Below are positions 7,484 to 16,836 of a DNA stretch of 64,000 bases, piece by piece. Origin of the DNA: a virus (Duplodnaviria; Caudoviricetes). The notes below the pieces were generated by a model, which saw only the letters and a program-made list of their open reading frames with translations, was not told the origin of the DNA and made no database searches. Location: positions 64,001-128,000 of IMG/VR virus record IMGVR_UViG_3300028591_000003, one strand, 5' to 3'. Every line of letters starts with the position of its first letter. The stretch's first letter is position 1. The position numbers and the translations under genes are program-made.

Positions 7484-7604
7484 AAGTTACTTAGTAAAAA
7501 ACGTTGCTCTAAACCAAGCTGAGCTATCCCGAAACCCTCAGGAGTTGGATTTGAACCAACGACACACGGCTTACAAAGCTGATTCTTGATATTGTAAGTA
7601 ACTT
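7484..7604 (-). ncRNA. handle RNA with circularly permuted tRNA-Thr(TGT)-like domain
   Basis: Order is handle 5', anticodon-like arm (TTTGTAA), T arm, loop-closed acceptor (TCCTGA..TCGGGA), D arm (GCTC/GAGC), handle 3'. Confidence 0.75.
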
Positions 7605-7661
7605 AATTAGAAACTAGAGGAGGAATCGAACCTCCTCTAGTCGTGATGCTTATTAAAAAAA

Positions 7662-9521
7662 TCAAAGGGTATTTGCTCTCACGAGTTCATACCTATTGCT
7701 TCTATAGAGACTCAACAGTGGAGTATAGACATCAAAGACATCCATATCCTTGAAGTTAGTCAGGAATTGCTCAATCATTGCTGGATTCGAAGGTATGTAC
7801 ATCATGTTGTCAATTCCACTAAATCGGTCTGCTCCAGCACTAGCACGAGAGCCAACAGCACCAGTAACATCCATAAGGATTACGTAAGGACGGAATCCAA
7901 AGAACCCCTCACACTGACGGAAGAAATCGTTCATACTCGCCTCTGGTGAATACATATTATTGAACATACCATCAGACATGATTGTCCATACAGGATAGTT
8001 ACGAAGAGCATCCTTAATCTCAGGATTTGCCTGACAAGCCTGGTTCAATCCCTTAGGAATACATGAAATATCAGTATTCCATCCCTGGAACTTACTTTGA
8101 AGGAAAGCAGAAATCCTCTTGTAATTATCCAGGAAACTAAGTTTAGGATCAACGAATGGTTGTGCCTTAGTCTTAGCTACCTTACTTCTTAAGATTGAGT
8201 TCTGAGATGTAGCCTGAGAATCAATGTAAGAATAGAAACGAGATGTTCCATCAAACATACCAACGAGATTACGAGCATCATCATCGGGATTCTTAACCAT
8301 ACATACTGCAGTAATAAAGGCAGCAAATCTGAATGGTGTACCACTCATAGAACCAGAACTGTCAATAATGGTCAGTGAATTATAAGGAAGATTAACCTTA
8401 TTCATAAAGGACTCAATCTTCAACTTATCAATTGTGCCACTAAGAATCTGGTTGTAGAGTTCAGTAAAGTTAGTAGCACCAATTGTTACCTTGGCCTCTT
8501 TCTTCACTTTCTCCAATTTAACCTTATCCTCCTCACTAGCCTGACCTTGACGAACCTTCTCTTCCAGAATACGTTGTTCTTGTTGCTTCTGCTCCTTATA
8601 AGTTTCCCATTCCTTGATCCAAGGCTGGAACTTAGCCCACTTAGATACTTCTGCAATAGCTACATTAGACTTTCCATCCAATCCAGCTGTCTCACAGTCT
8701 GCACCTACTACCTTGGAATAGAGGATTCTGTTCTTAACCCTGAACCTAGCCTGAGATGGGAGCTTGTCAAACCAGTCGATGAATTGCTGCTTGTCAAACT
8801 CATTTATCTTGCCAGTAGAGAAAAGTACAGATTCAAGAGAGCCATTGTACTGCTTTCGCCACTCACGATAACCCTTAAAATATTCCAGTTCCCATCCCAT
8901 CATCTTAGAGAGTTCAGTTAAGAAGTTCTTTTTCTCATTCATTACCTGAATAGTCTCAGGAAGAACTCTCTTATGACCTTGACGCTTACTGGTTCTTGGG
9001 ATAGTCAAGAACTTGGCAATCAATGTCTTATTGAACGGATTAGAACCGTTAATCACAGCATATGTATAGTCAAGAAGAGCCTTCACATACTCTTTATCTT
9101 GAAATGCATGATATATTTTCAGTACCTTCGAACCCTTAGTTTGAACTCGATTACGGAACAAAACATCAAAGCATGTATACTCATTAAAGAGTTGTGCATT
9201 TAAAAACTTGATGAATTGTTTCTTATCTTTTTTCCAAAGCCAGGTTGTGATAGTATAGAAAGCCTCACGATTGGCATTACCACCACTGTCAACCTTCTTC
9301 TTTTTAAAGATGTTGTGCTGACGATTAGTAATGTCTCCAATAGAGAACAGGATTGAGAAGAAAAGTTCTCTCTTTTCTTTAGAGTTCTTTACTTCAAGCC
9401 ATGCATCATTCAGAAGAACCTCTGAAATAACTGCATCAGTTGATGCCTGCTGAAGTTGCAGACATCTGCGAAGTCCGTAAAACGGATTGTTACTTTTTTT
9501 ATTAAGTTCTACTTGTACCAT
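7662..9521 (-). CDS. TROVE/Ro60-like (DUF2828-type) helical protein with C-terminal VWA domain
   Basis: MIDAS DSSGSMSG, NTD and IMSDGMFN motifs; N-terminal blocks (GDI..GG..NREAF, IAKFL, YREWRK, DKLPSQA) recall DUF2828/TROVE; family call from memory. Confidence 0.7.
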   Translation of the reverse strand: MVQVELNKKSNNPFYGLRRCLQLQQASTDAVISEVLLNDAWLEVKNSKEKRELFFSILFSIGDITNRQHNIFKKKKVDSGGNANREAFYTITTWLWKKDKKQFIKFLNAQLFNEYTCFDVLFRNRVQTKGSKVLKIYHAFQDKEYVKALLDYTYAVINGSNPFNKTLIAKFLTIPRTSKRQGHKRVLPETIQVMNEKKNFLTELSKMMGWELEYFKGYREWRKQYNGSLESVLFSTGKINEFDKQQFIDWFDKLPSQARFRVKNRILYSKVVGADCETAGLDGKSNVAIAEVSKWAKFQPWIKEWETYKEQKQQEQRILEEKVRQGQASEEDKVKLEKVKKEAKVTIGATNFTELYNQILSGTIDKLKIESFMNKVNLPYNSLTIIDSSGSMSGTPFRFAAFITAVCMVKNPDDDARNLVGMFDGTSRFYSYIDSQATSQNSILRSKVAKTKAQPFVDPKLSFLDNYKRISAFLQSKFQGWNTDISCIPKGLNQACQANPEIKDALRNYPVWTIMSDGMFNNMYSPEASMNDFFRQCEGFFGFRPYVILMDVTGAVGSRASAGADRFSGIDNMMYIPSNPAMIEQFLTNFKDMDVFDVYTPLLSLYRSNRYELVRANTL

Positions 9522-9992
9522 TGTTTTAAATTTATTATTTGTAAGTAACTAATTAAATAAATTTCCTACATCTGTTTTATAGCAATTAACTCGTTCAATC
9601 TACTAAAGAGATTCTACTAAAGTGCAGATTCTCACTGCTTTTCTATTTTACAGTCTCCATCACGTTGCTTTACGTATCACAATGACCTCAATCACATGTT
9701 TGCCACTACAAGGTCTTTCAACTGTCAATTCAGTATGCCCATTGAAGGTTCAATATTGGAATTCCCTTCAGCCCTCGGAAATTTATTATAAATTAAAATA
9801 CTATCTAACGCTATAAACGCAGGAGTTGGCAACACCCTTTTCTCCCTAGCATAAGTTAATATGCCTCCAATTCGACCAATAGATAGTATTTTATCTGAAA
9901 AAGAGTGGCTTCGAGCGGTTTTATCTCTACTTCACCCGCGCTATAGTTTCCGCACACGTGGTTCCGGTATCAAGCTTCACTCTTATTCTTGT

Positions 9993-10430
9993 TTAGTTGA
10001 ACTCTTCCGTAGAATCCATAGCAGCAAGCTCTGCCTCCATCTCCTTAATACGATCCTCAGGAGTTTTGGTGGACTCTTTAAGTTCAGCGAGCTTCTCAGT
10101 AAGCTCTGCCTTCTTACGGCGACTCTCTGCGAGTTCAAGATGGTAGCGCTTGAAACCTACAATGAGATTTACAAGTTCCTTCATCTCCTTGAGAGAATCG
10201 AGTTCAGTAGTGTTAACTTCTACCCATTCATCCTTGTTCTCAAGATTCTGAATCTTAGTTGAAAGACCAGCCTTGATATTGTTCAGGGTGTTAATACTTG
10301 TTGTGTGAATCAACTCTACAATGTTAAGTGGAGCACCCATTTTAGTAGAGATTGTACTGTTTGTCATGAGCATCTTAAGAGCAAGCTCACACATCTTGCT
10401 GTAATGCTCTTTTGTGAAATTTATTTTCAT
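9993..10430 (-). CDS. coiled-coil hypothetical protein
   Basis: 145-aa ORF with heptad-rich C-terminus. Confidence 0.8.
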   Translation of the reverse strand: MKINFTKEHYSKMCELALKMLMTNSTISTKMGAPLNIVELIHTTSINTLNNIKAGLSTKIQNLENKDEWVEVNTTELDSLKEMKELVNLIVGFKRYHLELAESRRKKAELTEKLAELKESTKTPEDRIKEMEAELAAMDSTEEFN

Positions 10431-10523
10431 ATTGTTAAAACTTTTTTAATTATTTTAATTATAGTTAGATTATCTGTATTACATTTACGAGCAATATCTG
10501 TAATTGCTCGTAAAATATAACCT

Positions 10524-10883
10524 TCAATTTCCTCCTCCATAGCTTCCAATTTTTTGATAAATCGTACCACCATTCTCCTTTTTAAAAGAGAATGCCTCAT
10601 ACAATCTCTCAAAAGGAATTACTTTATAATTTGATGTTATTACTCTATACATTTCTTCAGATTCTTTAATCAATTCCTCTAGCTCTGGTATGATGCAAAA
10701 TTCGACAATTACATCTAATTCTGCTACTAATGAATCATCATCATCTTCAATATATCCTTTGAATAGACGATTTTGAGCATAAGCAATAACCTCTTTTCCT
10801 GTTGGAAAAAGAGATTTCTCAGATAAAATCACACAAGACAATTCCAAATCATTGTGTGTCAAGAGAGTTGAAATTCTTTTCAT
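10524..10883 (-). CDS. hypothetical protein
   Basis: 119-aa ORF coupled to upstream ORF. Confidence 0.7.
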   Translation of the reverse strand: MKRISTLLTHNDLELSCVILSEKSLFPTGKEVIAYAQNRLFKGYIEDDDDSLVAELDVIVEFCIIPELEELIKESEEMYRVITSNYKVIPFERLYEAFSFKKENGGTIYQKIGSYGGGN

Positions 10884-11065
10884 ATTGTTTGTTGTTTATT
10901 ATAGATTTGTGACATTACATTCAAAGAATGCTCTATCAATTCGTTGTCAATACCTTGGTAATGTTCTACAAGGTAGTCTTCTGCTTCTGGAATTGTTCCA
11001 GTAAAAACAGCATTTGCAACAAGTGAGATTAACTCACAAGCGAATTTTCTTTCTGTTGGTTTCAT
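10880..11065 (-). CDS. hypothetical protein
   Basis: 61-aa ORF with ATGA overlap. Confidence 0.6.
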   Translation of the reverse strand: MKPTERKFACELISLVANAVFTGTIPEAEDYLVEHYQGIDNELIEHSLNVMSQIYNKQQTI

Positions 11066-11100
11066 TCGTTTACAATAATTAAGTTCTACTTTTGATTTTA

Positions 11101-11502
11101 TTAAAATAATTTTGCTTTGTCTAATTCCTTTAAGACAAGGTGATTACAACTACCAATTTTCTTCCATTGCCAATCAAAATCAGCATTATTGGGAAACAAA
11201 GATTTCCAATATTCAGGGATGTGACCACCACACCATAAATTAGTAGTAGTAACTTTTCTACCATCCTTAAAACGGATTTCAAACTTATCACCGCCAAATC
11301 CTCTAAAAGGATCTTTAGAGTCTTCGTCATCAATGGTATAAAATATACCATCAATGATAGCTACATCAGGTCTTCCTACTAAAGAAAGACGCTCACGCCA
11401 GAAAGAACATTCAAAACATTCTCCACGCTCTTTTATAGAGCGTCCATCAGAACCAATGAAACTATCAGTTCCTAGTTCTTTACCGCAAGTTGGACATTTC
11501 AT
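11101..11502 (-). CDS. zinc-finger-containing hypothetical phage protein
   Basis: CPTCG...CFECSFW; GFGG..F.I.F.DG....TTNLW pattern. Confidence 0.8.
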   Translation of the reverse strand: MKCPTCGKELGTDSFIGSDGRSIKERGECFECSFWRERLSLVGRPDVAIIDGIFYTIDDEDSKDPFRGFGGDKFEIRFKDGRKVTTTNLWCGGHIPEYWKSLFPNNADFDWQWKKIGSCNHLVLKELDKAKLF

Positions 11503-11686
11503 ATTGCTGTTTGTTTTAAGTTATTAAAAATAAATATAGGAGTTTCTCAGTGAAGAGGTCTTCTCATTACTCTATTGTGAATTCATTATTCGAGAATTCG
11601 GTATAAAGGCGAGTAACATCTACAAAGCTACCAAACATGCTATCCGGACATACCGGTCCTATATTATAGAGTGTAGATTCTCTTAG

Positions 11687-11761
11687 TAGCCAGAGTTGGA
11701 TTTACACCAACGACCTTTCACCCTCCCGGGAACGCTCTTATATTATCTGAGCTATCTGGCT
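11687..11761 (-). ncRNA. isolated tRNA-like element with no readable anticodon
   Basis: AGCCAGA/TCTGGCT acceptor, GCTC/GAGC D stem, GTTGG/CCAAC T stem; aberrant loops. Confidence 0.6.
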
Positions 11762-12110
11762 AAATTGTACGGCCTTACCATACTTTATCCGTACTTTTAT
11801 TTAATTTTCGGAGTCTCCTTCATGTATGGCTTCCAGTGCATGTCCTATCTGATTAGGTTTGAATTATGTAAATATAATTTTTACTCAAATACCTGCAGAG
11901 TCAAAAGTCTGATACACATTTCGTGGTCACCTAAGCTCAAGCTTCGCATTTTTTATCTTCTTATTATGATTCCGTATCAGTTGAATCACATACTGAGGAG
12001 TTTGTAACTTAATTTAACAACATCTGAATTACCAAACTTTTCCGAAAATAATCAGATGGGGCCCAAATTTCTTCTTAAATGAAGTCCAAAAGAAATTATT
12101 GAAACAGACT

Positions 12111-12566
12111 TCAAGACTTTAGAGTATCTGCAATCGCATTTATATTTGATCTTAAATGTTGCCTATACTGCTGCATAATAAGATCATAGACTTTTTTATT
12201 GGGATCAATTCCGAAACCATTTCCAGCCATAGTTTCATCCTTGTGTTCCTCCCAGAACTTACCAGTATTAGTCCATAAACCCCAAATATCTCCAAGATAG
12301 AGATTATCTAGAGTTAATGCTGAAATACTGTCACAACGAAACATTCCCCAAGAACATGGTGAAAGATTTGAATTTCTATATCCAATATCCCAAGCATGTT
12401 TATGGACATTAATAAGATCTTGAAGAGTTTTAGCTCTCCTAAGATCTTCATTTAACTGCTTATTCCATCCTATAATAGAATCCGCAGTTTCTTTCCACTC
12501 TTGATATTCTTTAAGAGCTTTTGAATGGAATAATCTATTCCATAAAGTATCTTTAATCTTTTTCAT
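12111..12566 (-). CDS. hypothetical protein
   Basis: 151-aa ORF with AAACAAAACAACAAT leader. Confidence 0.8.
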   Translation of the reverse strand: MKKIKDTLWNRLFHSKALKEYQEWKETADSIIGWNKQLNEDLRRAKTLQDLINVHKHAWDIGYRNSNLSPCSWGMFRCDSISALTLDNLYLGDIWGLWTNTGKFWEEHKDETMAGNGFGIDPNKKVYDLIMQQYRQHLRSNINAIADTLKS

Positions 12567-13419
12567 ATTGTTGTTTTGTTTATTTAGCTATTTTTGTTAT
12601 CTTTCTTCAAATGTTTTTATTTCTTTTGATGAAACATGAAATTCCATATCATATAATGTTTCACTTATGTTTTCCTTTAACTTATCCATTTCTTGATATG
12701 TTAAAGGTGTATCTACCTCAAATTGTAATATTATTGTTCTTTTCATATTATTTTATTTGTTTATTTAGCTATTAATAAAATCTCAAATCCTTTCGGATTA
12801 TAAGATGTCCAGTAAAAGCAGCACGCCGAAAACCTGGACTCTCTATTGACTAGAGTAGCTAATTCTAGTTAGAGATTTTTAAACCCTTGCATTTTTTAGT
12901 TCCTGCAATGATTTAATAGGAACACTCTAGAGCTCGGATTGGTTACCGAAAACTAGATACTTTGGACAAGCAGTCTAATATCAATTTAGGTTTTACTTTC
13001 AGGTTTACATCAGATTAATTATCCAAATGTCTATCTGCCTAAAATCTAATATTGAGCCTCTTATGTCTGCTGTAATATATTGTACCAGCAAGTTAAAGAT
13101 ATTTTTCTTTGGCAATCTAGTTTATATCCTATTCTTGAACAGATTGATTACCGAAAATCATTTACTGAACATTCATCAATATTCATCATCCATGCGTCTG
13201 GTGAATTTAGGGTAGGAACACTTTTAAAAGGTATTCTTTGATGAATTCTCTTCTTGAGTTCTTCTGTAATTTCTTCTTTTTTCATAATGTATCCTTGATT
13301 ATCGGTTTTTATAATATCAATACATACTATAAATATATCCCATTCCTCTAATGTTTACTCGGAAGATAATCTTGAGTTGAGTTCCTAACGGATCTCATAC
13401 TCAAGATTATACTTCTTTG

Positions 13420-13905
13420 CTATACTTCTTCGTAAATTAAATATTTACTCCAAAGCTGAGGATAATCCTTTTTAAAGGATTCCTCATCAAAACCTACACA
13501 TTTTTTGAGCTGGTATCCTTGCTGCTTTAAGTAAGTAGCACACTCAGACTCGAAGTCTGCGTCTTTTTCTGAAACTTTGGACTTCTCTGAATGTGGAGGA
13601 TAAATCCAATTCTCAAACCAAGTTTTATGGATTGGATTATATGGAAACATATATCCAATATGATTTCCTCTACCCATTCCCTCTCTTTTAAATTTTTGAA
13701 GAAGAGTAGGATTAGCAACAATTTTTGATGCCATAACTCCACTTAATCCAGCTTCTTTTAAAAGCTTAATTACCTGTTCATTTGAGAATTTTTTCCCTTT
13801 GTTCTTATCTCGAACTAAGTTATACCTCGCTGAGACTTCTTCTGTGTTAATTTTATTTTTCATATTGTTTGTTGTTTGTTTATTTGGATACCACATGGTA
13901 TCCAA
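13420..13905 (-). CDS. hypothetical protein (probable start 13863), ends at TAG
   Basis: A/C-rich leader precedes MKNKIN; TAG followed by a hairpin. Confidence 0.75.
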   Translation of the reverse strand: MDTMWYPNKQTTNNMKNKINTEEVSARYNLVRDKNKGKKFSNEQVIKLLKEAGLSGVMASKIVANPTLLQKFKREGMGRGNHIGYMFPYNPIHKTWFENWIYPPHSEKSKVSEKDADFESECATYLKQQGYQLKKCVGFDEESFKKDYPQLWSKYLIYEEV

Positions 13906-14196
13906 GATTAGATACTATTCCGTTATTTGTTTTTCTTGTGACCCTAATTAACGGACCCTCAGGATCAATTCCAATTAAATCTTCTTCTGAAAATTCAACC
14001 GGAACATCATTGAATCTTAATAATTTCATTGCGTTATATAGACAATTACTGTTGACAATGCTAATATTACAAGTACATAAATCGTACTTAAAACTAATTC
14101 TAATTCTTTTTTCATAATTGTTTGTTTTTAAAGTTTCATATTATTAATTTGTTAAAAATGTCTCCATACCCGTATTGATATGGAGACCAAACAAAC

Positions 14197-14325
14197 TTAA
14201 CAATTTCGGCCGATTATTTATACTCGGGAGACGGCCTACCTACATGTTATCCTGAACATCGTGGCAAATCTGCCCATTAATTGGCAGTAATCATCAGTGA
14301 AATTCCGAGTTTTTCAAATTGTTAA
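14197..14325 (-). ncRNA. hammerhead-like element (type III) with inserted hairpins
   Basis: Stem III TTAACAAT/ATTGTTAA, stem I TGAAA/TTTCA, CTGATGA and GAAA core, GGCCG/CGGCC stem, loop-loop ACTCGG/CCGAGT. Confidence 0.5.
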
Positions 14326-14824
14326 TTTCTCAGATTGTTAATTTTTAAAAATGAAAGTCTAGGCTATCAACTTTCTGGAGGACTACGAAACCCATGATCT
14401 CCTCTTTGACATAACTAGGTATGCATGTTTACCCTTGTGTTTACCTTCCCACAACTGGTGTATCCATTTTCAAGATACTGGTTCGAACTAAAATTTTGCC
14501 GTCTATTCCGAGCTGCCAACTTATTACTAAGTATAATAACGCAAGGGAAATCAACACTTACTATCCTTCTTGCTACTTTTCGTATAAGCCATGTGTGCAA
14601 CTTCCAACTGCCTCCTCCTCAGCCATATGAACTCCACCATTCAGTTGGTAACAAATGAAGTTCGGCTACACCTTTTAAATTTAAAACTAAAAATCCATAT
14701 TATTAAAAATTAATCCTCTCACGTACATTTGAGGGTTAATGCCTAATATTACGACAGAGCCTATAATTTCAAGGATGTAAATAGGTCATTAAATATTATC
14801 TCCTCACTTCCTTGGAGATCGAGC

Positions 14825-15034
14825 TTAACATTCAGAGACTCTTATTGAGTAGTTAAGTCTACTTACGTCAATTCCATGTGCCAGCATGGACAGATACGGA
14901 ACACAATATACTGGCATATATTGTGAACATTCGCTAAGTATTTTCATGTGCATTTTATCACATGCTGCTCTGTCCGCCCTTAGCTTCTGAGGCCATTTTA
15001 CACATTTATAGTACGCAGTCCTATAATGCGCCAA
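14825..15034 (-). CDS. hypothetical protein
   Basis: 69-aa ORF, weak TTG start. Confidence 0.35.
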   Translation of the reverse strand: MAHYRTAYYKCVKWPQKLRADRAACDKMHMKILSECSQYMPVYCVPYLSMLAHGIDVSRLNYSIRVSEC

Positions 15035-15073
15035 GCTTTTTATTTTACTTCCCTTCTTGGTTATAGGAAGTTT

Positions 15074-15301
15074 TTATTTTAATAACCTTAACAACTCTTT
15101 ATCATCAGGTTCTGTTGCACCTGCTTCTATAAGACCTTCATATGTTCTTAAATCCTTAGATAAATCTATTGCTCTCCATCTTGAAAGAGAAATGTAAAGA
15201 TTCTCTGGAATAGGTCCACCTACTGGTCTAGTTTCAAATTCATCTTTTTTAAGATGCTGAAAGAGCCAGTTACCAATACTTAAATAATCAGGATATTTCA
15301 T
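15074..15301 (-). CDS. hypothetical protein
   Basis: 75-aa ORF with TTAACAAT leader. Confidence 0.7.
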   Translation of the reverse strand: MKYPDYLSIGNWLFQHLKKDEFETRPVGGPIPENLYISLSRWRAIDLSKDLRTYEGLIEAGATEPDDKELLRLLK

Positions 15302-15385
15302 ATTGTTAATTATTTGTTTTGAAAAATTATTTGAGAGTAACTATCTTCACAGACTGTTACTCTCTAAACTATGAAAAACACACTC

Positions 15386-15898
15386 TTATTTTATACATTC
15401 TGGAGGAAAAGCTTGAAGTTCACAAAGAACACTTACAAGCTGTGAATAACGAAATCCACCCATATCAGAATGATCCTGTTCTGTATCATTGAGAAGAGCT
15501 TTAAGAGTTTGATCAATCCAAGATCTTCTAGTACAGAATATCTTAAAATCAGAATTCTCTAAAGCTTTTATACATTTCTGCATGGCCTCAAATGATGGAA
15601 TATTGAAATCACCGCCAGTTCCATCCTTACGACGCCAACAAATATGTTTTCCATCATTATACTCAATGTCATTGATATGAGCAATGAGTAATGACTGACA
15701 TGCTTGCATGCGTCTCTCTAATGAAGCAATGATACGTGGTGAAAATGCTCCTATGATATCTATCATAAGATTAATACCCCTCTGCTGTGCTTTATCCAAA
15801 TCAAAGTCAGAACCAGCAGGTTTACACTTTTTCGGAATAAGCAGATCAAAAGACATCAACACACCTTTTTCAGTCTCTGAAAATGTTGTATTCTTCAT
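15386..15898 (-). CDS. hypothetical protein
   Basis: 170-aa ORF with TTAACAAT leader. Confidence 0.8.
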   Translation of the reverse strand: MKNTTFSETEKGVLMSFDLLIPKKCKPAGSDFDLDKAQQRGINLMIDIIGAFSPRIIASLERRMQACQSLLIAHINDIEYNDGKHICWRRKDGTGGDFNIPSFEAMQKCIKALENSDFKIFCTRRSWIDQTLKALLNDTEQDHSDMGGFRYSQLVSVLCELQAFPPECIK

Positions 15899-16411
15899 AT
15901 TGTTAAGTTACTACAGAATAGAGCTGTAGGACCTCAGATGGCTAATTATACCGCTAACCTAACGTACCCTCATATTGATGGCGAGTCACAACCCCTCCGA
16001 CTGTGGACTAGGGAAACCTTACTATACTTCTGGTTTTACGAATTGTGTTTTACACCTAAAACTTGTTCAATATCCACGGTAGAATATTATTCTCCTTATT
16101 GTCTTGATGGAGCTGAAAGAACAAGAAACTGGCGTCCTCAACATCTTGGAAATCCTAACTGTTTTACGCCACATGACCATATAGTATCTATATGTTAAGC
16201 CAGGACAACTCCACGTTAGAATATTTTATATTGAGTTTTTTACAGGCTTAACGTACCTGTTATGCTCATTACGGAAGGTTCTATGTTGTACTGAAACCTA
16301 CAAGCCTACATCGTAACTTTTACCACGCTCTACGATGTTCGCGTGAAACCTAGGGACGATAGGAAATACTGCCCTTATATGGTTAGCATGCCCTCATGGC
16401 ACAAGTCATAA

Positions 16412-16750
16412 TTAATCCATTTTATGAGTTTTCCAATATCCGAAAGGAATTTTCTCGTTAAAGGGATATTCTCCCATAGAAGAATTGTCTAAATCTTCCA
16501 TTGTTACACCCAAAAAAGAATATGCATCAGCAAGAGTTTTAAATGCTTCTACACCATATCTACTATTTTCTAATGTGTCAGCAGTATAGCATTGATGTGC
16601 TATATACATTGTACTTCCACCTAAAACAGCTGTCCAATCACATTCAACTACTCGAATAAATCCAAGTAATTCACCAGAATTAGATTCTACTTTGGTTACA
16701 AAGGTCCCACCTGCAGGACCTGTTGTTACAGGAATTTGTTTTGCTTTCAT
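16412..16750 (-). CDS. hypothetical protein
   Basis: 112-aa ORF with AAACAATTAACAAT leader. Confidence 0.8.
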   Translation of the reverse strand: MKAKQIPVTTGPAGGTFVTKVESNSGELLGFIRVVECDWTAVLGGSTMYIAHQCYTADTLENSRYGVEAFKTLADAYSFLGVTMEDLDNSSMGEYPFNEKIPFGYWKTHKMD

Positions 16751-16768
16751 ATTGTTAATTGTTTGTTT

Positions 16769-16836
16769 GTTTGTACGAATATATTTTTTCGTTTCGTTCT
16801 GGCCTCATCAGCAAACCTTTTTAATGTCTTCCAGAA
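16769..16836 (-). ncRNA. type I hammerhead ribozyme with minimal stem II and pseudoknot
   Basis: GTTTG-CTGATGA-G(GCCAGAA)C-GAAACGAA-loop-TTCGTA^CAAAC; loop CCAGAA pairs with upstream TTCTGG. Confidence 0.8.

Noticed and set aside
1404-7604. Handle repeats as a CRISPR array
   Set aside because: They are dispersed inverted pairs with irregular spacing, not direct repeats with uniform spacers; no cas operon
12885-12985. Twister-like ribozyme
   Set aside because: Only a partial resemblance (CGGTAACCAATCCG..TAGAG); required pseudoknots not found
5949-14814. 13-mer TCCTCACTTCCTT occurring twice
   Set aside because: Only two copies with no shared flanking structure; not enough support
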